Source of the DNA: Octopus sinensis
Taxonomy: Eukaryota
Direction of reading: 5' to 3'
Assembly: GCF_006345805.1 (NCBI RefSeq)
Contig: NC_043016.1
Location: 26,226,001-26,290,000, forward strand
DNA length: 64,000 bases
Shown: piece after piece, positions 54,945-64,000 of the stretch
How the letters are laid out: every line of letters begins with the position of its first letter
How positions within the stretch are numbered: position 1 is the first letter of the stretch
The notes under the pieces: generated by a model
Databases searched by the model: none
Told to the model about the DNA's origin: nothing
What the model saw: only the letters and a program-made list of their open reading frames with translations
Position numbers and translations under genes: made by a program

Positions 54945-57844
54945 TATTATTATTATCATTGTCATTTACTTTTAATCTGCATGTTTGATGCAATCACCTG
55001 CCGGGGCACACCCAGCGCCCTAGGGCAAGTGAAGGTTAAGAGTTGTTGAAATATAGCTGAAAGCTTGGGGAGGGGAAGTAGAGATATATCTCCATGTAAT
55101 GCAAACACAGACATTTACATTGATAGGGTTTTTCTAAGGATGTGGGCAGTACTTGTTAGCACAATCTTTTGGATTTCCTTGAGACATGGTTTTCCAGGGA
55201 TATTGTCTAGGTGTTTCTGACATCCCTTTTTTATCATACCTAGGGCACCTACAATAACAGGAACAGTTTTTGTTTTAAGATTCCACATCCTCTGTATTTC
55301 GATTTCCAGGTCCTTATATTTACTAAGTTTGTCAAATTCCTTGACAGATACATTTTTATCAGTGGGGACGCTTACTTCTATTAGTCTGCAGGTATTTTCT
55401 TCCCTGTCTTTAACAATTATGTCTGGTCGATTAGCCTTGATCGTTCTGTCAGTGTTGACTGGAAAATCCCAGAGGATGGTGACATCTTTACCTTCAACAA
55501 CTGGCTGAGGATGGTGTTCATACCAGTTAGCAGGAGTGTCGGATTTGTAGTGTTTACATATCTTCCAATGTATATACTGTCCTACCCTATCGTGGCGATT
55601 TTTGTATTCGTTGGTGTCAGCACAGGACATCCCGAAACGAGATGGTCTATCGTTTCGTCAAATGTGTCGCAGAATCTGCATTTAGGGTCAGTACCGTTTC
55701 GGAGAACGTTAGCCTGGTAATTTCTGGTAAACAAGCTTTGATCTTGTGCTGCCATTATGAAACCTTCAGTCTCTGCTTTCAATCTAGAGCTCTTCAGCCA
55801 CTGATGGGTTGTTGCTTGGTCTACATCAGCATTTTGGCTTCGGAGAATATATTGTCCATGCAGGGGCTTCTGGCTCCACCGCCTCTCAATTTGATTCTGC
55901 CCGTTCTTTTTTGCAGTCTGCTTGATTCGCTTTGCTTGCTTGGTAGCAGTGGTTTCCGGCTCTTCATCTGATTCAAGGTTAATGTCTAGTTCCCTTTCGA
56001 ACTTATAAGCTTCCTTGACAATAGAATGCAGCTTTTTGTTGCTTTCGTGTTCGCACACAAGTCGCAGCATCCAGTCCTTTGTACTAGATAGGTACCTGTT
56101 CATTCCTACAGTAGAGGTCTTATAGCACAGCTCTAATTGCATCATTCCTCTCCCCCCGCTGCTTCTAGGTAGGTACAAGCGGTCTACATCTGCCTTAGGG
56201 TGGTGCATGCTCTTGGATGTCAGTAACTTTCTTGTCTTCCTGTCTAAGCGTTGGAGTTCCGTAAGGTTCCAGTTAATGATATTAAAACTGTACTGGACTA
56301 CTGGAAGTGCCAGGGTGTTAATGGCCTCAATGCAATTTTTGGAGTTGAGTTCAGTCTTCAGTACAAGCCTTATTCTCCTATAGTATTCCTTCTTATTTTT
56401 TCCTTCATAGTAGCATGATGTATACCATCTCCTTCGTTGATTCCTAGGTATTTGTAACTTTCTGTGGGTCAAGTTCCTTGATGGTAGTGTCAATATCTAA
56501 TTTAACAGAAGCTGTTTGCCTGAGCTTGCCTCTTACAAAAGTTGCTTTAGCACACTTATCAAGGCCAAAATCCATTCCGATATCATTGCTAAACTCTTTA
56601 ACAGTTGTTAGCAGCCCTTCGGGCTCTTGGTCATTCCTGGCAAACAGCTTTAGGTCGTCCATATAGAAAAGATGGTTTATTAACTTACTAAAAACTTTGT
56701 ACCCATATCTGGTACTATCCAATTCGTTTGAGAGTGGGATCAGTGCCATGCAAAAAAGTAATGGAGAGAGGGAGTCACCTTGAAAGATGCCTCGTTTGAT
56801 GTTGATGCTGTTGGACTGGCTCATCCCATTACTATGGCTTAGAAAGAGACGTGTGTTCCACATGGTCATGCTATTCTCTAAGAATTTTGAGACGACAGGA
56901 GAGATCTTGTATATCTCAAGGGCCTTGAGTATCCATTTATGTGGGACACTGTCATACGCTTTCCTGTAGTCTATCCATGCCATACTCAGGTTTTTGTTTT
57001 GCTCCGGCTATTCTCTACAATCATTCTGTTTATGAGCAATTGGTCTTTGCACCCATAAGAGTTTCTTTTACAACCTTTTTGAGCTTGTGGAAGGATAGAA
57101 TTTTGTTCAAGAAAGCGTACATTCTCTCCGTTATTATGGATGTGAGGATTTTGTAGGTGGTGTTGAGACATGTTATTGGCCGGTAATTCTTTGGGTTTTT
57201 TGTGTCTTCGGTTTTAGGTAATAGGTAGGTGGTTCCTTCAGTCAGCCAAGCAGGTATTTGCTCTGGGTCTGAATGACATCAGACAGAGATGCAGCGAGAT
57301 GTTCGTGTACCTCTGTCAAACAATTCAGCCAGAAGTTAGGGATCCGATCCAGTCCTGGGGTTTTCCATTTATGAGCCTTCCTAAGGACACACCTTAGCTC
57401 CTCTATTCCTATTGCTTCCCATTTCTGTTCTTCAAGTTCATCCAGTCTCTCTTTCTCACGTTCTATCCAGTCAGCCTCAGCATTAAACTCTTTTTCGTGC
57501 TCCATACCTTCTTCCAGAACTCCTCCACTTCTTCAATCTTAGGTGGATCTTCTATGTGTATTTTATTTTTGCCAATTTCCCTATAAAATTTCTTTGCATC
57601 TGTCTTAAAAAATTTATTTTGTCGATAAAATTTGTTTCTTTTGTCATACCTTCTAAGCCGTTGAGCTTTCAACTGTATCCGTTGTTTCAACAGTTCCTTA
57701 GTTGCAGGGAGGTTTATGAGATCTTTGATTTTATATTTTTGCTTGATTTTTCTAGCTTTTCTCGGCTTAATATTCATATTATTATTATTATTGTTGTTAT
57801 CATTATTATTATTATTATTGTTATCATTGTTATCATTATTATTA

Positions 57845-57897
<53 letters not shown>

Positions 57898-58560
57898 TCA
57901 CTGCCTGGATTCAACTTGGAATATTGGGGTTAACAGCACGGGCTACTAATCCCCAGATTCCGGCATATGGCGTAGTGGTTAAGAGCGCAGACTACTAACC
58001 CCAAGATTCCGAGTTCAATTCCAGGCAGTGACCTGAATAATAACAATAATAATGATAATAATGATAACAACAATAATAATAATAATATGAATATTAAGCC
58101 GAGAAAAGCTAGAAAAATTACGATTATAATTGTAACGGCAACGATTATAATTGTAACGGCAATGATGGCCGTCTCCCCACGAGCCAATCAAAGCTCAAAA
58201 ATGATAATATTATCGTAGCACCAAAATGTTTTTGGAAACTAAAAGGAAAACCAAATCAGTATACCAAATCGCTTGTCCTATGGTTAATCTGGAAGCGCGT
58301 CCCCCAGGGAAGAGCCAGCCTGGGATCGAAAAGTCATCAACTGGCACAAACTCTTCTCCGAATACGGACATGGATGGTCACTTGAACGGGAAATTCCCCA
58401 ACTCGAGCCCTCCAAGTTCACCACCACAACCACCACACAGAAAGAAAAATGTAAGCGGAACAAATGGACCGAGAAGAGTATAAAGAAGTAATATACGCTT
58501 ATTACTATGCATTAGGTAGGCCATCTCAAGAGAGACACACCGCAAACTCTTACAGTATAT
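54945..58560 (-). mobile_element. R4/Dong-clade non-LTR retrotransposon (RT + CCHC + restriction-like endonuclease), multiply frameshifted
   Basis: GIFQGDSLSPLLF, HLFYMDDLKLF, CRFCDTFDETIDHLVSGC, RHDRVGQYIHW, RPDIIV..IEVSVP; six frame-shifted ORFs; (AAT)n at the 3' end, consistent with Dong-type TAA targeting. Confidence 0.92.
57962..58045 (+). mobile_element. short tRNA-like SINE with AAT tail
   Basis: A box tggcgtagtgg, B box gagttcaattcc, then gtgacctgaataataac. Confidence 0.7.
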
Positions 58561-58825
58561 GGAGAACACGGAATCAAGACAGTAGGCCCTATTTGATTTT
58601 AATTTAACCCTAAAAAAAAATTTTTTTAAATGAACGAACTATTGAGTTTGGTTTAATGGCCTACCAATGTATACTATGAGTTTCTTTGCCCTAGGAGTCG
58701 GGAAGACGCTCGGCAAGAAATGGAAGCAAATTTGAAAGAAGAAGAAAAAAAATAATAATAATAACAACAACAACAACATCGAAAAATACCTTAGGAATGG
58801 GAACCCAGGTTCAAAATTTCCCCAA

Positions 58826-58871
58826 GACACCTGATAAAGGCTTGAGGGTATATCAGCCGAAATGTTGTGTT
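58826..58871 (+). ncRNA. minimal hammerhead-like motif in an (AAT/AAC)n-associated repeat; decayed inverted copy at 54804-54849(-)
   Basis: gacac-CTGATAA-a-ggct...agcc-GAAA-TG-TT-gtgtt. Confidence 0.5.
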
Positions 58872-59039
58872 AACAACAACCAAGATGAGGACAAATATCC
58901 GTCAAATGTAAAAATTGTACACTTTTGTTTTGTCTTGTACTGTCTATAATGTTTTTCTTAATATAAACCCTTGTGGTTAATAAAGAAATCATTATTATTT
59001 CGTTTTTTTTGTTTCTGGTTTGCAAGATTCTTTATGTGA

Positions 59040-59809
59040 ATTCGTATTATATCACTCTCTGAATCCTCTCAAAAGGGACGAGCTGTTGTCGGTTCCTTTC
59101 TACTGCTGCCAGAGACTGGCCAAAATCATCATTCAACAAGTAACACCACAAATAGCTATTCTGTAGCTAATTGCTGCAGTAACGATAGACATCGAGGAAA
59201 ACTCGAAAATCCTTGAAGCCTATCAGACCAAAAAGGAGAATCGTCTGGGATGACCATAGAACTATTCATCCAAACGACCTAAAAAGATGTGGATCTCATT
59301 CCAGACCAAACCCTTCTTCCTGCAGGCTGCATATTTCCAGTCAGAGTAGATGGGAGGAAAGCAAAGCGCCACATTTGCTTTTCAAATTATCATTTAAAAG
59401 CCTTTTGCTCTAGACTGAAGAAAAAGAAGAGGCGGTCACTTCTCCTCCTTACACCAACAACAGTCACCAGAACTCGAGCGACAACAGCAGCAGCACCATC
59501 ACCATTAGCAGATTCACCTTCACCAACAACCATACCGACACCGAGTTTCCCCAAATACTTCTCAGCGCCCGAAGAGTTTCCACTTCCCAATACGGAGCAC
59601 ATGGGCATCACAGGGGGACAGTCGGACTGCAATAAGGAATGGAAGTTGAAAACTAAAAAACGGAAAAGAGATGGGCGTAGGAGTGGCTGCGTGGTAAATA
59701 GCTTGCTTACCAACCACATGGTTCCGGCTTCAGTCCCACTATAGCCTCGGGCCGACCAAAGCCTTGTGAGTGGATTTGGTAGACGGAAACTGAAGAAGCT
59801 CGTCGTATA

Positions 59810-59863
<54 letters not shown>

Positions 59864-62465
59864 ATGTTTTCGTTTGTCGTAGCACACGTTTCCGTCGATT
59901 TCCTCCGTCGATTTCCGTAAAAAACTTTTATTTTTTTACATATGGCTTTGCGGGAATATTTGAAGTAATGAGAGCGAAAGAGACTAAGAGGAAGCGATTT
60001 TGACGAGGGAATTTCTTTTGAAGTCCCCGTGTGGTGGTGTTTGATGGGGTGTGGGAGACAGACAGTATGTTGTGTAAGTGAAGTGCTTCTGTTAGTGTGT
60101 GCGAAGAGACAGAGAGAGTAATGTGTGAAAGAGAGAGATAACTGAAATTTTTTACTCGGTGTATGTGTATATGTATGTGTGTGTATGTATCTATGTATGG
60201 GTGTGTGTATGTATGTGTGTATGTATCTATGTATGTGTGTGTGTATGTATGTATGTATGGCCGATTCAGTGTAATTTTTCACTCGGTGTATGTGTATATG
60301 TATGTCTGAATGTATGTATGTATGTGTGTATGTATCTGTGTATGTGTATGTATGTATGTATGTATGGCCGATTCAGTGTAATTTTTTACTCGGTTTATGT
60401 GTATATGTATGTCTGCATGTATGTGTGTGTGTGTGTATGTATCTATGTATGTGTGTGTGTATGTATGTGTGTGTGTATGTATGTATGTATGTATGTATGT
60501 ATGTATGTATGTATGTATGTATGTATGTATGGCCGATTCAGTGTTTACATTTTTTACGGAAATCGACGGAGGAAATCGACGGAAACGTGTGCTACGACAA
60601 ACGAAACATTGCCATATATATATATATATATATGTATGTATGTGTGTGTATATGTTTGTGTGTCTGTGTTTGTCGCCCCAACATCACTTGACAACCGATG
60701 CTGGTGTGTTTACGTCCCCATAACTTTGTGGTTCGGCAAAAGAGACCAATAGAATAAGTACTAGGCTTACAAAAAGAATAAGTCCTGGGGTCGATTTGCT
60801 CGACTAAAGGCGATGCTCCAGCATGGCCACAGTCAAATGACTGAAATAAGTAAAAAGAGTAAGAGAGAGAGACAGAAAAACAAACATATGGACAAGCAAA
60901 AACAATCCTCATGCACGCAAGAAGTAGAAAGAAAAAAATCAAGCCAACAAAAACAAATACACACAGAACAAACGTCCTGCTCTTTAGTGTTAGTGGAGGA
61001 CTGGAATGGAGTTTTAAATGCACGGTGGGACTGTGTTGGTTTAGCAGACAGGAGAAGAGGGTGAAAAAGCCTCGCAAACCTGCTCAGACGAATCCAACTG
61101 TCTGACAGGTATCGACTGGTACTTCCCGGAGTGGACCTGGTCAAACTGCATCGGGTCATCCAGATCGTATCTAGATAGGGTATTTTGTAGAGTAGCAGAT
61201 AAGGATAGCATAGGTTGTCCACAGTTTAAAGTAGTCGACTACGCAGACCACAAATTCGTGATTTGTAGGCTTCATAGACAGGGGCCCGGTTACTGGAAAC
61301 TGAACACGTCGTTGCTGGCGCGTAAAAATTTCAATGACCGGATTAGTGGACTAGTTAAGAGGGCTTTGACGGGAACAATAATCAACGATAAATGGTGATT
61401 CGCCCTGAAAAGGCATTTAGAATAAAATCGATAAGGTTTAGCAAAGGACTAGCAGTAGAAAGAATAGAGTAGAGGCAGAGCTAGTCAAGAAGTTAGACGA
61501 GGCTTTTAGAAAAGGCATAGCAACTGACGTGCATGCAGCAAGATTGGCACTCGACTAATTCTTCGACGCGAAAAACTAAGGTTGTGTCGTCAGAGCTAAG
61601 GCACAAACACTTAGACACAAAGGGACGAAAGCCGTGCAATGAGCCCGAGGCAGAGACACAGCGTGGCAACAAATCCACGATCCGATCCTTACCGGGCTGC
61701 AACGGGCAAATGATAACTAATCCGAGACAAATGTGCCGATAACAGCCTTTGAAATAAGAGAAGCAATGGCTAGTTGCATGAGAGACAAGTCGCCTGGTTT
61801 GGATAGTTTTTCCCCTAGGAGCTTTGCGCATACATGCCAGACTTGTTTGGCGACTTTTTAGCAAACGTTTACTGCAACTGGCAACAGAATGGGAGAATTC
61901 CCAGTTTTGTGAGCTGAGGAGAAAAGAACCGAACAAGGGGGAGTGTATCAAAAACTTTAGAGCCCATAACTCTGCTGAATGCAGAGTTCAAAATTTTGGC
62001 CAAGGTGTTTGCTACGAGGTTGGCGCTTGTCGTCGGGGATTTAACAGGGAAGGTACAGATATGTACCATTCTGAAAAGATCCATCCACGACAACCTCCAC
62101 CTCATGCGATACATCATTGAGAAACTGACTAAAGAACCTGGCACAGGGAGGGACCCTGATCAATTTAGATCAGCCTAAAGTTTTCAATAGGATCGATCAT
62201 CTATACATGGCGGCAGCAGGTTTCGGGCCTGTATTCAGGGGCTGGATCGCTGCAATGCACAACGACATCTGTTCAGTAGTCAGAGTGAACGTTCACCTCT
62301 CAGAACAGTTCAACATCATGCGCTCGGTCCGGCAAGGTTGCCACCAATAGTCTCTCTTGTATGTACTAACACTCGAGCCACTACTACACAAACTGGAGGC
62401 GTTGAGAGGCATCCCGCGTGACCTAGGATGTGGAAGATGCGTGTCGGTATATGCCAACGACGTCA
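59040..62465 (+). mobile_element. Tx1/L1-like LINE, degenerate (ORF1 ~59040-59660; APE-RT ~60950-62465), split by SINE and MITE insertions
   Basis: APE-like LVLVEDWNGVL and YLDRVFCR; RT KILAKVFATRL, RSIHDNLHLMR, SVRQGC, VYANDVT. Confidence 0.8.
59860..60613. mobile_element. MITE with ~62-bp TIRs inserted in the (TA)n of a SINE, carrying an internal minisatellite
   Basis: GGCAATGTTT(T)CGTTTGTCGTAGCACACGTTTCCGTCG... and its reverse complement; three internal units ending gtatggccgattcagtgt. Confidence 0.85.
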
Positions 62466-62467
62466 CC

Positions 62468-63900
62468 GTATGAAGGCAGCGGGGCGATCTTCACGATGGA
62501 TTCAGTTGACTGCCGGGTCCGTCCTACACGCGACAGCAGGTGTTCGACATAAACCCACAGGTCAGTAATGCTCGGGCACTGGACGAGTGCATGCAGGGCC
62601 GTCTCGTCGCCCTGCGCGCATCTTGGACACGCTCGGCCGACGAAACTCTCCGGTAGCACTGCCAGGTCAGAGATTTTTGGGAATTATCCATCGGTCCCGG
62701 GTCGAAAGTTCTCTGGAAAAGAGCGGCTAGCTGATCTTTGACGCTCAAGGTCTCCCCAAGAGCGTCGTCGCACGTTTCCTCATTAATCCTCTATAAAAAT
62801 CTAGTGGACGTACCACCTATCGCAGTGTCCAATTGGCTGAGGGCTGTGAACGCTCGAAGACATTACACTTTTCAAATACCTTCTCTCGGTCTCTGTGTTA
62901 CCTAGGACTGCAGCTCCGTTAAAGAAACTAGCTGCGGAAATACGTCCTGGTGAACCGCAACCACACCTGTTCACCGTCTAGGAAGTACTAGAGATGTTGT
63001 AGTGTCAGTGCATATCTGCACATCATCAACCACGGCATGCCCCGGCCACCACTCACCGGGGTTTGATAGCAGATAGATCGTCTGATCATCGGGACGCGTC
63101 CTTTCCACCAGAAGCGGAAGAGTATACGCTCCAGCGTAATCAGACGGTGGCCAGGACAAGGCACGACGGTCAAGCGATAGTATATGACGGACATGATATA
63201 CGGGTTAGCCACAACGTTCACTCTGACTACTGAACAGATGTCGTTGTGCATTGCAGCGATCCAGCCCCTGAATACAGGCCCGAAACCTGCTGCCGCCAGG
63301 TATAGATGATCGATCCTATTGAAAACTTTAGGCTGATCTAAATTGATCAGGGTCTCTCCCTGTGCCAGGTTCTTTAGTCAGTTTCTCAATGATGTATCGC
63401 ATGAGATGGAGGTTGTCGTGGATGGATCTTTTCAGAATGGTACATATCTGTACCTTCCCTGTTAAATCCCCGACGACAAGCGCCAACCTCGTAGCAAACA
63501 CCTTGGCCAAAATTTCCGAGAAGGAAAGATTGTGTTTATATGCCTGGTGGCCATGGCGAAAGAGGTTGTATGATGGACGAGATGGAAGGTGCTGAAGACA
63601 AACACTTTTCTCTTTGGCCATCCCTGACGAACTGCTTCAAGTTTCACTTGAAAAGGAAAATAAGGGTAGAGGAGGGAAATGTTGTCTTCCAGTCAATTTG
63701 CTGAAAGTTGAATGAAAGTGGCAAGAAAGGTACGAGTGAACGGGGTCTGCCCAGAGCCTACGCCTGCAGTTGAAAAAACAAAGGAGAAAAGTCACCTGCT
63801 CCAAAAGTCAGAGTACCCATAGTTTTTTTGTGGGATTTTCCATGAGCAGCCCTCGAACGTCCCCTCCCTATTGATTTCTTTTCTTTTTTAATTTGTTAGT
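62468..63900 (-). mobile_element. second, internally deleted Tx1/L1-like copy in the opposite orientation (ORF1 start fused to RT; C-terminal zinc-finger region)
   Basis: MAKEKSVCLQHLP fused to ILAKVFATRL at ~63515; CPRCAQGDETALHALVQC. Confidence 0.75.
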
Positions 63901-64000
63901 CTTGTTTACACGCAAAACCCTCACAACACACACTCACACAAATGCACACACACATTTTTCGTTCTGTCCTGTGTTGTCCATGTTTTTCTTAATGAAAACC

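Noticed and set aside
60150-60545. CRISPR-like repeat-spacer pattern
   Set aside because: The 'spacers' are GTAT/GT microsatellites inside a eukaryotic MITE, and there are no cas genes.

Overview
AT-rich, repeat-dense eukaryotic DNA. The SINE and LINE families match what I recall from Octopus (coleoid cephalopod), but this assignment is from memory, not a search. Most long ORFs are transposon relics: mariner fragments, a near-complete Buster-type hAT element with TIRs and an 8-bp TSD (2566-4938), RTE, CR1-like, R4/Dong and Tx1/L1-like LINEs, a gypsy-like relic and a Penelope-like GIY-YIG fragment. There are also many tRNA-derived SINEs, MITEs and microsatellites. A multi-exon host gene of unknown identity appears to run on the minus strand from about 53 kb to at least 13.3 kb; it starts with a signal-peptide-like segment and has Cys-rich exons. 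The most notable unannotated structures are: (i) about ten Penelope-type hammerhead-ribozyme-like motifs from several families, some with intact cores and lying sense to the host introns; (ii) a 79-nt exon wrapped by two crossing near-perfect inverted repeats, one of them an antisense copy of its own splice acceptor; (iii) several long palindromes and recent local inverted duplications. All exon and RNA-structure calls were made by eye and need computational or experimental confirmation.
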